Positions 1-13,810 of a DNA stretch of 64,000 bases are shown here, piece by piece. Position 1 is the first letter of the stretch; every line of letters begins with the position of its first letter. This stretch comes from the human T2T-CHM13v2.0 reference genome, Homo sapiens. Location of the stretch: the NCBI RefSeq assembly GCF_009914755.1, contig NC_060929.1. One strand, written 5' to 3'. The position numbers were made by a program, and so were the translations under genes. The notes beneath the pieces are model-generated. The model had not been told where the DNA came from and did no database searches. It was given only the letters and a program-made list of their open reading frames with translations.

Positions 1-75
1 ATTAAATGCTAGGAACTGCCTTGGCTTTTTATATGCATTACTTCATTTAATCTTCACAACAAATCTGTAAGGTAA
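1..75 (-). mobile_element. MIR SINE fragment
   Basis: atgcattacttcatttaatcttcacaacaaatctgtaaggta resembles the antisense MIR core. Confidence 0.6.
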
Positions 76-182
76 AAACAACCCTCGATTGTGGTAGTAA
101 ATACTAAGGGGAGAAATAAGGCAAAGGAACAAAATACAGATGCAATGGAACATAACCTTGAAATGTTAAATAAAGGCATTAA

Positions 183-760
183 TTCATTTCCTATTGCCAT
201 GTAACAATTTACCATAAACTTACTGGCTTAAAACAACACCTGTTTATTATCTCACAGTTTCCGTGTATAAGGACTCCAGGCACAGTTTAACTGGGTTTTC
301 TGCTCAAGATCTCAATAGTCTGAAACCAAGTTTTTGGCTGGGCTTCAGCATTAGCTTAAGGCTTAGCTGGGTAAGAATCCATTTCCAAGCTTCCTCATAT
401 TGTTGCCAAATGATTTTTCTTGCTGCTATAGAATTCGTAGTAGCTTACTTCTCCAAAGCCAGCAATGCAGAGAGACAGAGAATCTCTGCTTCTTAGAATC
501 TCTGACTTTAGAGAAGGCCCAGGCTGCATTTTGAAAGAGTCACCTGATTAATTCAGACCCATATAAGATAATCCCCATTTTTGGCTGCTAATAATTCAAC
601 TGATTAGGGACCTTAATTACATCCACAAAATCCCTTTACTCTCATTCTATAATATAACAGAATAACAGGAGGGATAATTCATCTCCTTTGCCACATTCTA
701 CTGGTTAGAAGCCGATCAGTTTCCACCCACAATCAAGAGAAGGAATTATACAAAGCCGTC
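183..760 (-). mobile_element. MLT1-family (ERVL-MaLR) LTR
   Basis: ttcctattgccatgtaacaatttaccataaacttactggcttaaaacaacac..tttattatctcacagttt is the typical antisense MLT1 3' end; boundaries approximate. Confidence 0.75.
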
Positions 761-789
761 ATCTCCTTGTGCATAACCACCACTCGTGG

Positions 790-1346
790 TTAGGGAAGGT
801 CTCACTGAGAAGATCATATTTAAGCTAATACTTGCATAAGCTGAGGGACTGAGGCATGTGTAAATATGAAGGAGAAAGATTTATAGGCAGTAGGAACAGT
901 ACGGTGCAAAGATCCTGAGGCTGAAGCTTTCCTCGTTTGTTCACAACAGTAGTGGGCAAAGTGGTTGGATCAGAGTGAGTGTTGTGAAAGATAGAATGTG
1001 AAAGATAGAAAAGAAAGAATTCATGCTGATAAAGGAGGGCAGAGTGCGAAGGGCCTTTGCAAGGATTTTGGCTTTTACTGTAAGGCAGACATGAAGCTAT
1101 TCAAAGCTTCTTAGTATGGGGTGACAACATCTATTCATCTATTTTAGAAGTATCATTCTGGCTTTTAGAAGAGACTATGTAGTAGCGGTCATAGGTAAAA
1201 GCAGGGGATCATTTAAAGGCTATCGCCGTAACGTAAGCAAGCACCACAAGAGTGGTGGTAAAGGTGACAGTAATTGTCAGGATTTTTTTAAGTGACTGGA
1301 TATAAGGGATAAAACAAATAAAGGAGTCAAAGATGATAGCAGGTTT
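790..1346 (-). mobile_element. L2 LINE fragment
   Basis: gggaaggtctcactgagaag..taggcagtaggaacag..tgcaaagatcctgagg..ggagtcaaagatgatagcaggttt match antisense L2 motifs. Confidence 0.7.
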
Positions 1347-1449
1347 AACATAAACTGTCTGTCACAACTATTCTGCTTAATAAATCTCTCTTACAAATTA
1401 TAGCATCATATGTCCACAGTGGCCCATGTACAAGGTTATTTATTACATA

Positions 1450-2635
1450 CTTTTTAAAAATGAACTTTTTCATTTTGCAATAGCTTTAGGTTTACAGAAA
1501 ATTTAAAAGATTGTGCAAAGGGTTTCTGTATACCCCACAGCCAGTTTTCTCCATTGTTAATATCTTCATATTATTAGAATACATTGGCCACAACCAAGGA
1601 AACATTAGCACACTGCCATTAACTAGATACTACACTCTCTTCAGATTTTACTAGTTCAAATGTCATTTTTCTGTTTCAGGATCCCATTGAAGATGCCACA
1701 TTGCATGTAATCATTGTGTCTCCTTAGGTTCCTCTTGTTCATGATGCTTTCTCTGATTCCCCTTGTTTTTCATGACCTTGGTTGTTTTAAGCAGTGGTCA
1801 GATATTTGTAGTAAGACCCTCAGCTTGTTTTGTTTTTGATGTCTTTCTCATGGTTAGACTGGGGTAATGGATTTTGTGTTGAACCTTTATGCATAGAACA
1901 TTTATGATGTTCACTTTGAGCACCAGGCCAAGTTAGTGTTTGCCTCACTATAAAGCTACTTTCTTCCCCTCCATTCCATACACTGCTCTTCGGAACCATA
2001 CCACTAAGATTAGCTCACACTCAAGTAGTAGAAAATATAGCCCCATCTCATCGAGGTACAGAATTATCTCTAAGAGATGTATCTTTATTTTCTTCTTTAT
2101 AAAAGATGTATCTCTATGCATCTTTTATTTTAAGATGTATCTTAAATAAATATGACTTATTTATTCATTTATTTTTATTTGTATGATTCATAAATATTTA
2201 TTGTATAATTTGTATATTTTGCATTATAAACCATATTTTCTGATGTTTTTCTCTTGGTTAGACTCGAGTTATAATTTTGTGTTGAACATTTATGCATAGA
2301 ACATTTATGGTGCTTATTTTGAGTACCTGGCCAAGTTAGTATTTTGCTAGGTTTTATGTTTTATAGTCCAACACTACATAATGGTTTTTATTGTTCAATT
2401 TGTCACAGTTTTGGCCATTGGGAAATCTTTTAGTTTTACTACTGTGTCCCTTTGATATGACCCCAATTATTTTATTTTTTGAGCACTCTGGACATTACCG
2501 GATCCTTCAAGCTCATCTTCTGTATTTCTTGCCTCAGCTCTAGAATCAGCCATTTCTTCAAGGAACCCCAGTTTCTCTTATTAGAGAGTGATGTTATTAA
2601 TGAAGATCCCAGGACCCGGGTGTTCTTGCTACATG
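1450..2635 (-). mobile_element. Old L1 (L1MC/L1MD-type) 3' end with internal duplication
   Basis: T-rich start, then tagctttaggtttacagaaa..tataccccacagccagttttctcc, typical of the antisense L1MC/MD 3' UTR. Confidence 0.7.
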
Positions 2636-5392
2636 GCCCTGTTTTTAGTAGGACAACATTTAAAAATAGTCTATATGTCCATTTACAGGGGTGATTAAAT
2701 GCATTATGAGATAAATCCACATACAATGAAATATGAATTGTAAAAATAAGGAAGTATTTTGTAGATGTGAAACAAATTTCAGAATATTGCATTACCTGAA
2801 AAGAAAGCACTTGTGTGAATAGCATGTTATCATGTATTTGCATGTAAACTAACACTTATATAAGAGGAAATTAAGGAATATTTTAGTATGTATATGCAAA
2901 ATATCCCTAGGAGAGTAAACACGAAATTGCTAAATTAGTTGCTATAAAGAGGAACATTGGTAACTATTGAATGAGATGAGTGGAAGAATTTTCATCGTAT
3001 TTACACTTTTGTACCATTTAAGTTTTCAAAGTATTACTCACTCAAATATATCTTGACATCATGGCATACATATTTTAGATGTGGCTATGTACTATCCAAC
3101 ATCCCATGATATTATGGTAAATGAGAGGTGACAAAATAATGGTCTACCAGGGATCATTCTTGGTTATTGTTATTCTTGCTCCAACTAGGTTGTACATTAT
3201 TTTATGACATAGTCTGCCTTAATTTGTTTTTCTTGCACATTTCAATTCCCTTTTTTCATATCTCATCTTATGTTGAATTAGGCAGACTTAATTGTCTTGC
3301 TTATAGTAGGCAATATTTTTTTTTTTATTTCACACTAAAAGAAAGCGTGAAGATTATTTACGGAAAATTAGTCCTTTCATTTGTATTATTTGCTACATTA
3401 ACTGCCCAGAGGATCTTGTCTTGAATAGAAGTATAAGAGAAAATTATAAACACACAGATTTGAGGGTGCCTGAGACATGTAAACTAGCGATGAGGAGAGT
3501 CACAGTGGATGCAGGGAGATGAATTATCCACAAGAAATTGTGGCTTGTTGTAATCTAGTTTGAGGCTGGCAGTCAAATATCTGCTAAGAAGGATCTCAGA
3601 CCCAGGAAAACTTGGCAAGTATTTTAGTTACAGAAGCAACTAAGCCTCCAAGATGAATTACAAGTTGAATGAAAGCCAAGAAAAAAACCCCAAAAACATA
3701 AGCTAGAAGGCATGCAGGCTCGCTTCCTGGAAAGCTTCTACTCAACCCCTCAGAATCCAGCCCACCTATCAACTACCTCAAAGTATTCCCACATCCACTT
3801 ACAGATGCCTGTTTATTTGTTTACTTCAGCCCTGATTACACAAAATTGTGATTTACCTGTCTATACAGCTGTATCCCTACCAAATGTGAACCTCAAGTTC
3901 AGTGACTAGGTTAGATTTGCTGTTACAGATTCAAGGTTTAGAACACAATCTAGAGTACATTGTGAAAACATGTGAAAAACAAAGAAATTAACACAGGAAA
4001 AAAGAAATACAATACACAATTTTAAACTAAAACATCAGCTTTGGAAAAGAATCTTTGGAGCACGTACATTAATGAGTGAAAACAGATGTCATGCTAAGGG
4101 CTACAAGAGATAACAGAAGAAGAAAATAATAACAATAATAATAGATACAGAGGGCAGGATTAACAGAAAGAAAAACAAAATAACAGTATAAGCGATTCCC
4201 AGGCTTAATCTCTCAGCATGCCTACATAACACAGTGCATAATTTAAACAAATGGAACCAAAGATGCCTGAAAAAGGCTTAAAATTCAAATGTATATGCAC
4301 TGTATTGCGATTCTTGGAAACCTGTATATATTATGAATTAACAAAGGTGCAAATTATAGTTTACAGGCTTTAAATACGCCCAGATCTTTGCCTTCTCCTG
4401 ATATTGCCAAGAATTTTCTCACTCTCTTTTTAGGATTTATCTAAATACTTCAGAATGAAAATAATATAGATTTGAGAAAATAAAAAGAAAAAGACAAGAG
4501 TAAAAAGAACAAATATAGAAAAAGAAGGAACATTTAAGATGAAACAATATGGAAAAAACACTGGGAAGGAGAAAAAAATGAAAAATGATCACGTGAAAAA
4601 TCTAAGATGTTATTGCCAATTATTTTACAGTTCTCTTCCTTATTTAAGAATAATCAAATCAGCAAGATAATTAGAATAACAATCACTCAAATTTTTTAGT
4701 GCACCTATTATGTAAGAGCTTTACCTGAAACAACATTATTCAATTGTCCAATTCTCACAACAGCCTTTTATGAGAATAAATGTTAATATCTTATTTAACA
4801 AATAAAGAAACTACAGTCAAGAGGAAGGAGGATTAGTCACACTTCCTCTAAATCTAGTACTCGTCATCCTATATTTTTCTGGAATAAGAGAACATTTGAT
4901 ATTCTTATGTGCAATCAGCACTTAACACAGCTTTCCTGGTCTGATTTCAAATCACGATTCCTTTCCATCTATAGTTTATAATAGTTCCTGTGTGTTGAAT
5001 GTATACACCCTGGGCAATGAATGTACCATTTGAGTTTCAGACTCTTCTGCCTGAACATTGTGTCTAAACTTCTTCACTTCACCTTTAAATTTTTTGAATA
5101 TGTTCTAAACTGTTTTCAGGCCAGTTGCATTGGCATAGCCAGTGTCTAGTCTGATGCTTCACTGATTTACCGGAACTTGCCATTATATATTGCATCACGC
5201 CAGGTCTGACCTGAACAGTCTCCCCATTCTTATATCCCTTCACTTGTGAATACAAACCCTTTTATCTCCTTACTTGCCCTTGGTATCTTGTTAACTTATG
5301 TTTTAGCTGATGGCACTCCCTGATCTAGAAGGCTGTCCTACTTTTTTTTCCCCCATTTGTACGTATCTTTCCAGGATTAGTCTCCCACCATC

Positions 5393-5812
5393 TGTTGTGG
5401 ATTGAATTGTATCCCCCCAAATTCATATGCTGGATTCCTACCCCTTCTCCTCAAGTATCTCAGAATGTGACCTTATTTGGAAATATGTAATTAGTTAAGA
5501 TTAGCTAAGGAATACTGGAGTAAAGTGGGCCCCTAATCCAGTGAGGCTGTTGCCCTTCATAAAATCACAACCTCACACAGGGAGAACACCATGAAAATAT
5601 CCAAGTTACTCTGCCACAAGCCAAGTAACTACCAGAAGCTAAGAGAGAGGCCTGGAACAGACCTCTTTCTAATATCTCCAGCGGGAGCCTGGCCCTACTG
5701 ACACCTTAGCTTCAGATTTCAGGTCTCTGTAACTGTGAAACAATGCATTTCTGTTGTTCTAAGCCATTCAGTGTGTGACACTTTATTTTGGCAGTCATAG
5801 GAAACTAATATA
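5393..5812 (+). mobile_element. MLT1C-like solo LTR (ERVL-MaLR)
   Basis: Starts tgttgtggattgaattgtatccccccaaattcatatg, contains cagaatgtgaccttatttggaaata, ends gcagtcataggaaactaatata. Confidence 0.85.
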
Positions 5813-5914
5813 TCCATGAAGCCATTTTTTGGCCTCCTCCTTCCTTATGAATCTCGTTCATTGCCCAATGATATTACTAAACAAAAAAAACAAAACAAAA
5901 CCACAAAAATGTCA

Positions 5915-6110
5915 TGCGTTCTACTGAATGCCAAACACCGTGCCAAGAGCTTGACACACACATTATTTCATTTTATTCTTATACAGTCCTATGAGACAAG
6001 TACTATATTATCCAGATGTTAATTAGGAGTAATCAAGGCCCCATAACATTTAAGTAACCTGCCTACATTCACATAGATGGACACAGGACTCAATCCTATA
6101 TCTCTCTGAC
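5915..6110 (-). mobile_element. MIR SINE fragment
   Basis: cacattatttcattttattcttatacagtcctatgaga..aagtaacctgcctacattcacatag. Confidence 0.55.
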
Positions 6111-6225
6111 CTTACTTTCTATACGTTATTGTCTGTAATTTAAAAAAAAAATCATGCTTATACCTATCTATATCTCTGTTCTTGCTTTCTATACTCTGTT
6201 GTCTGTAATTTTTAAAAATGCTTAT
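6096..6225. repeat. Degenerate local tandem duplication (about 60-70 bp unit)
   Basis: ctatatctct..ctttctatac..ttgtctgtaattt..atgcttat occurs at 6096-6161 and 6168-6225. Confidence 0.75.
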
Positions 6226-6359
6226 TAAAGTATAATAAGCATTACTTATATGACCTCTTACATTATTGTCTACGTATTTCCACGTCTCAAACCCAAATTG
6301 AGATGCTTCTCATAAGCCATGCAATCTACATTTACTATTTCTAAATGTAATTCTAAATG

Positions 6360-6540
6360 TAAATGTAATCCTTACAACAATCCTACATGGGGCTACATAG
6401 GTTCAACTTAACAGATAAGGAAATTTAGGCACAATATTTTAAAGAGCTAGCCTAAGGTCACACAACCATGGAAGCCAAGGGCCAGAATTGAACCCAGGGG
6501 TGTGACCTCACAGAATCTTCTCCTAACTGCTACCCTGCAC
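6360..6540 (-). mobile_element. MIR SINE fragment
   Basis: taatccttacaacaatcctac..acagataaggaaatttaggcac..cctaaggtcacaca..gaattgaacccagg. Confidence 0.7.
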
Positions 6541-8809
6541 CAGCTCCCTAGTAGCATCTTTGAAAACAAGGACCAAGTTTCATGTTTCAGTTGTTCCCTT
6601 CTAATCTACCATAAAGCTGGTAAAATTAGTAAGTTATAAATAAACATTTAAGGAAGAACAGAAGTCTAGGGAAAGTGTGACTGAAATTTCCATTGCCTCT
6701 TGAAAAAGGGTGGGGTTATTCATTACACACAGGCTCCTAAAGGGCACAGATTACCTTTTTTCTCATTTCTGAGTCTCCTCCAAATCTGGTGCAATATCCA
6801 ACATGTGATGTCACTTCATCAATATTTATGGTTGACAGCCTCTGCAAAAGTGCTTTTGTCAGGTAAATCCTTTTAAACAAACGGGAAATCATACACCTCC
6901 AAAATGCATTTAATGCAATCAACAAATTAATCTTTAAAGGAGTTTTTACATTATATCACTAGGATATATGAGAAGATAACATAGATATTTTCCGAAAATA
7001 AGCATCTATTAACAATTTTGATATTTGCACAACAAATCGATATTCAAAACTACATGGATGATTATAAATGTCCCTTATTAAAGTATTTGTCTATGTGCGC
7101 ATATATAAATTTTTAATGGAGTTCTGTAAGTATGCTAGCCCAAAGAGCAGCAAGTGTTAATAAGTGTTACATAAAAAAACTCAAGGTGAATATTTTTTCA
7201 TGGTCTTCCCCAAGAAAACTTTTTTTAATTACCGTAGATGTGACTCCTGTGTACTCCCTACTTTCATTTTTAAGCCAACGGGAAATATATTTCCTACTGT
7301 TGTTATGAAGCCTCCAAAGTTAATTACTGAAGATAGTTGGATTATTTTTTGCTTATCTTTATTCTGTTGGGACTGTACACCATTTACATGTAGCCATGTA
7401 GGGTGAGTTCACTTCTGATATAGTCAATTATATAAGTCTATCGACAGCTATTTTATTATGGGAACAATGGAGACAGACAGCTCGGACTCTGTGATGAATA
7501 TAGATTAGAGAGAGGTCACCCTGACATACATAATTAGTTTTAGAATGTTAAATTAATAGGTAGAATGCCCCTAAGGCAACCATACATTTAGGCTGAAGCT
7601 GCAGGATCTGGAGTCCAGCTCCTGTCTGCTGTTGTTAGCACTGACATGGCCTAATGCACTGCTTATGAAGTGGCATAAGGTATTATTGTAAAACTAAATG
7701 GCTGTAAAAAATTGGCATAATACTATGGTCATACCACATATATATCCCTTCAGAAACATTTGTGCTGTTAAATTATTATGCAAATTCTTAATAGGGTGTG
7801 GGCTAATCAGATAAATCTTTAAGTGCCTTAAATAGATCTTTAAACAAGGGTTCAATAAGCAATTCATGATGATATTTAGAGAAATGCTAAATTTTTTGTT
7901 AGTACTTACTATAGCTTAAAATGTGAAGGTGAAATGAATTAGAATTTCCAGTTATAAATGTGTATTTTTTTCATCCAAGTCTAGGTGAAAAATAATAATA
8001 TCTATGGCAGAGCTCGCCTAACAAAGAGGACTGGAAGATGATATCCAAATTTTCCTTTGGTTTTAATCAATGGGCTGATGATAGTTTGTATTCGTAAACC
8101 TGTTTGAGTAGAGCCACATGATTTTTATATAGAACAGATATTAAATTTTTTAGACATTTTTAGAAATAAGATAAACTTGAAGCAATCTACAGGCATATCT
8201 GCAATATAGTTTGTGCTATGCATTACATGATTTTATGACAATAATATGATCTATTTGTTCACATCTTAGCGTTTACTACATGACAAGCACTAAACTAGAT
8301 AATCTATTATGCTATCCACTTTAATATGCAGTCTATACCTATAAAAGGATGTTACTTTCCACACTTTACTGATGAAGTAAATGAGGTGCCTGTTGGCTGT
8401 GAATCCCTGATTATACAACCAGATGATGACAGAGCAAGAACTGCTTGAATCTAAAGCCCACGTTACAGTGGCTTTATATACTTTTTTCTCTTTATGTTAT
8501 TAAGATCCCAAATGATTGATCTAAAACATACATATTTTGGTTGAGATTAAACGATTAATAAGCAAATCATTCCTCTCCAGTGCCAAGTTGGACAACACCT
8601 AGATAAACTTGTGGAATATTTTACTTTCTGAATCTATAGCTCAGAGAAGAGAAGTAATTTCTCAAGACCAAATAGCCAGAGTACAAAGGTCATGGTTAAC
8701 TTTTAAATGTTCGTTTTGACATTATCATAACCTCTGGGAGTTCAGTGGAACTTACCCAGTGAAATCTTCATTGTTTCTTAGGCTAATGTAGAGACATTAG
8801 GTTCATGTT

Positions 8810-9270
8810 TATGTAATTTAGGTAGCTTCAGAGTATAAATCACAGAACACTCAATAGAGTCAGTGGCTTAAATGATCAGAACATGTAGATTGCACATATC
8901 AACAAGGCCAGAGACAGGGAATTTCCAGGTTGCTTCAGCAGCTCAGTGATGAAAATAAAGACTCAGCTGATTTCCATCTGTCTATCCGAATATTGTCTGT
9001 ACCTTGGCAGTATTCCACTTGTGGTCACAAGATGGTGACTGCAGTACTGGGTATCATAGGCAGACATTGCCAAATCGAATGATAATTCCATTCCTTGGTA
9101 AGACGCTAAAATGTGAAACATTTTTAGGAGAATAAAAGCACCTCAGCACACTTACCTTGGATTACTTTGCCTATAATTGAGTCATTTGAATAAGCATGTC
9201 CTACCTTCAAGGAAAGATGGGAAAGAGAGTAAGTGTAATCATCTTTAGGATGAAGGAGGCTCTGCCAGCA
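8810..9270 (-). mobile_element. Old MLT1 (J/K/L-like) LTR
   Basis: cagtggcttaaa..cagcagctcagtgatg..gtggtcacaagatggtgactgcagt..catgtcctaccttcaagg. Confidence 0.6.
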
Positions 9271-12200
9271 AAGAAGGTGGATGTGGGGGGTAATGACAAA
9301 GGGCAAGAGTCATCCATTAGACAACGATCACTGTTTGCTCCAGTGTTGTACCTTGATATCTACTTACATAGGTACAAAATATGCTGATCTCTCAACAATA
9401 TAGGCAGACCTGATAAGACAGAAGGAAAGGCCATGAAATCTCAGCCAGGTGGAAGTTGTCATTCCACCAACAGACTTTGTTCCAGGCACACAAAGGAATA
9501 AAAACCAAACTGGTCTTTATTTTCCTAGAGATAATAACAGTAGAATGAAATGTCACAGGATAACTGTCCCTTGTTGCTAGATAAATTTGAAGGTAAAACC
9601 AATTATTTATTTTACAATCATTATTTTATAATTTATTTACTTATTTCAAAAATAAATGAAAAAAATTGAGGGCTTTTCAAAATCTAAAAATTCTAATTGT
9701 ATGGCAATTCAATATCATAGTGAAGCATTTTATCTTATACCAAATGATTAAATTTATTTTATTCTGTAATAGAATGCATCTGAACATTCATACTATTCTT
9801 ATGTTTATTTGCATTTTCTTTCTGTTTACTAAGTTTTGAGACTAACTCCTAAGTCTCCAAAGTCTTACAGAACTCACAAAATACAAGTGATCCCTAAGTC
9901 AACCATATTTTTCTTGGCAGAGATGAATTTTTGTTTCTATTTTCTCCAAGGACAGATATGCAGAAGGATTTATGCTTGTATTTCAGTGAAAGGGAAATTA
10001 AACAACATTTTCGATAACCGGAGTTTTATCCCTAACCCACTAGGTAACACACCACCAAACGAGCTGACAATCGCCACATACACAAATTAAATCAAAAAAG
10101 TATGTGTTTTTTCTACAAACACACGTGAAAAATAAAGCACTTGAAATGTTTCCATGTAGGAAGTGATACTGTTACCTAGTTTTTAAATTTACATATACAA
10201 ATACACAGGAGTTTTTAGTGAAAAGGGCGTAACTAGTACTGATTTTCTTGGTAGCAAATTTCTGAATTCCTTTGTAGACAAACAGTCCTAGAATGCTAGG
10301 TCCTGGTTAGATTTCCAATATCAGATTTTGACATAAGGATGGAGGTGTACTAACCTATAACTTGCAGAGCGTGAAGCATTATTTTAGCAATAGTTCCAAA
10401 AAAAAAAAGATTGAATATAGCAGCTAAAGACTTAGAATCTGGAAAAAGACTTAGAGAGAAAATATGTGTGGTTGCATGGTGTGCGTGTCCACACACACAC
10501 ACAACTGAGATGACAGATGTGAGACACAAAGGTGGCGTCTAGAGACGTGGCTTACGGTACACACCATAGCCCATTTTATAGACTTCTCATTAAACACAAC
10601 AGTGATGATCCAGACATCACTGAGGAAAATTAGTTTTATATAATTTCATATACGATACCTTCTTTTCTATTAACCAGAGTGAGTCTGCTTCCAACGTTCA
10701 TACCTGATTTTCTCATTGCTTACAGAACTTGGTTGGGAGCTATGCCAAAAAGTACCCAGCAACTGAGAAGAACAGAGTTAAAGAATATAGTCCCATGGTA
10801 ATTCAGATCAACAGATGCTCATATTGTGCCCTTGCCTTTATCATATTTTGGGGGACCAAAAATATACAGAAGCAAAGTTATTACATACAAGGAAATTTCC
10901 AAGAGACAGAGAAATGTATATCTAGAACTGTTAGAAAATCATTATGTGAGCAGAGAACCCATGGCTATTGGAGACCTATAGCAATGCCTTAATTGAGGAA
11001 GCCACCACATTCTATAAGAAAATAATTTTTGAGATTAGAATTTGAAGAAGCTGGACAAAGCCTGGTGGCCATTGGACTAAGTGTGGCCCACAGATGGCTG
11101 TTTATCCAGTGCCATGTTTAAGTGGGCTTTTATTTGGGTGTCTTCAGTCAGGGAGCATTCTCATTCTCTACAGCTCACCACAGGTGCTACCTGGATGCTT
11201 CTCAAGTTTAACAGTCTTGTCACTGAATGTATGTGAGGTTCCCCTCATAATGCAGATATGGGTGCCACTTGTCTTTACAGAGTCAGGGTTCATGGCTTGA
11301 TAAGTGGAGCACAGAATGTATTTCAGCTCTAACTCACCCCTTTAGTGTAGTTTATGATCCTCATATCCATACATAACATCCCTCTATATTCTTAAACCAG
11401 GAACCACCAGATAAGGGATTTTTGTCAAACTCTGTTTTCTGCAGTTATGAAAGCAATATATTTCCCCATATAAAGTTGTAACACTCGGTACATTTTTTTC
11501 AAACAATACAACACTCTCCTTTATCTGCCATGAAATTCAGATATATTCAATCTCCCCAGCCCCATTCAGAATCACTAATGTAGAAAGCCCAGTAGGAAGA
11601 GAACTCTAAATGTATCAAGTCCTCTTTTCTTGATTTCTACAATTTTTATGTTTTTGCCTTAAAGTAGCTCTTACCATGAGGTGCCATCCTTTTTTTATGA
11701 TAAGTTTAGAGAACATCTGACCCTGTTACTCTTCTTGATAGACCCAAAGGGGCTCACAATAACTGCTCATTTCCTCTTTGGAAAGCCTTCCCTTCCTCCG
11801 TTAAGGCATCATGTGTAACTATAACATTTGGCAAAATCTAGTAAATTTAGCACTGTTTACAACATGCAGCTGTGTTTTATTCCTAAATACAGCAAAAGTA
11901 ATCATGAACGAGCTTAAACTACAAAGAAAAATTTTTATGACTACTAATAAAATACACCTATTATTCAATAGGAAATAACCCAACTGAGTGTTCTTTTTAT
12001 TTTTATTTTTCATGACCGAACTCATTTTCTATTTTATAATTCCAGGAACCAAATGGTAACACTCACAGAGCTGTTTTTTTTTTTTCCTCTAAAATCTAGA
12101 TGTTGGTAAGATTCTCATCAAACGCAGTAGGTTAATGACAGGTACAAGGAAATGGCAGACATTTAAATGATCCAAATTATAATTGGTAATTAGTTCCCAA

Positions 12201-13810
12201 ATTATTCCTGTCTTTTTCAGTTGGAGGGAAAACACTTTTAACCATTATGTAATTACCACGAAGAAACAGAAATATCTTATTCGAACCTAATATTCTTGTG
12301 GAATATAACTTGCAGGAGCTGAAAATGTATATTACCTCATATACAATAGAAATAGAAATATAAGGCATTTTTACAATCCTGAAAGAAAATTTCCTTTTAA
12401 AAAATACGCCATTATAAATAAGAGCCTTTAAAAAATTCTGACATCATAAAGTATCATTATAAATTGCATTGTTAAGTTTTATCTAGGACATCTCTGTACT
12501 AGGAAAATTTATTTCTTTCCTTCTTCATGAGTTCAACTACTGAGCGTATTTTTCATTTTAGTCACGATGTTCTTCTAATCAAAACTAGCAATATCATCTA
12601 GAGAGATCTGGGGAATTAATTAGGTACATCTCATTTCTACTGTGCTAATCTTCTCTATGTCTTTGCTTAGGGAAAAGAAGCCCATCATTGACTGATAAAC
12701 CAAGGAGATTCTATTTGCTTTACAGAAGGAGCTACTGAAAGGCTAGCTGTGGTTTATAAATCTTTTAGTCTTATCCTGACATAGTAGCAGCACTTGAATG
12801 CTGACCTTGAAATAAAAAGCACTGTGCTCTGTGTGGAATTCAAGTAGAGATATTTCCATATAACCTGATGTTACTTATATATTTTGTCTATTTTAACCAG
12901 CGAGAAAGAATGAGAGAGAAAGCATTAATAAGAGCTATGTAGAAGAGGTGGCATAGAGCCTGAAAGGACTTGGAAGGATGATTCTAATTGCAAACAGTTC
13001 AAATAAAGATATTTTGGCAAATCTGTCTGCCTGCTAACTTCAGTGCAATTTAATTCATGAAAAAGTTTGAAACATAAATCCAGGTTATTAACTTTTCATT
13101 TGAAGGAGAAAGTCTGAAAAAAGGACATTTGTCCCTTCTAGGTGATCAGAAATATTCCAATAATTAAATACATTGCTCTTTCTAAGTCCGATTAAAGAAT
13201 TAGGAAGTCATGATACAATAAATAGATACCACAAGCTCATCATAGATCCTTAAAATAATAATGGGAGCCGAGTATAATTATTCTCTAGAAGTTTGGATAA
13301 TTGGCTTTAGTCATCTGGAATCTAACTACATTCCAGGGTACCCCCTAATAATCAACTTATTTCTTTACTACTAAATAAACTTACTTAACTTAATCAACTT
13401 ATACTTGATGATTCGATCAACTTATTTTCAATTATTAAATACTTACTGACAGGTATCTGCTTCCTACTTTTATGCTTTTTGCTCTTAACCAAATTCCATG
13501 TTAAATTATATTTGTTTGGGGAATATTTACTTTAAAACACTATAAAATAAATGTTTGCAGTTTAAATAAATTACAGTTGTAGAAACAAAAAAGATAGCAA
13601 TGTTAGAAAAAGTCTATTTCAAAAAAATCAGCTCATGGGGTTTATAGTTAATAAGAATGCGCACCATACTACCATTAATTATCCTGAAAAACAGCCAAAT
13701 GCAATAAAGTTGTTCCTAAATACGTCTCTTAGAAAAACAATGATTTCAATCACTGCTGAATTCAACATGACGCACACATATTTTGTAATTTGGAGTGAAA
13801 GAAGTGGTGT

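Noticed and set aside
983-1010. Perfect 14-bp tandem duplication (similar small ones at 46426-46477 and 52165-52200)
   Set aside because: Ordinary slippage duplications with no sign of function
11050-11300. Possible hAT/MER relic (tggccattggactaagtgtggcccacagatg)
   Set aside because: Too diverged to define termini or family from the sequence alone
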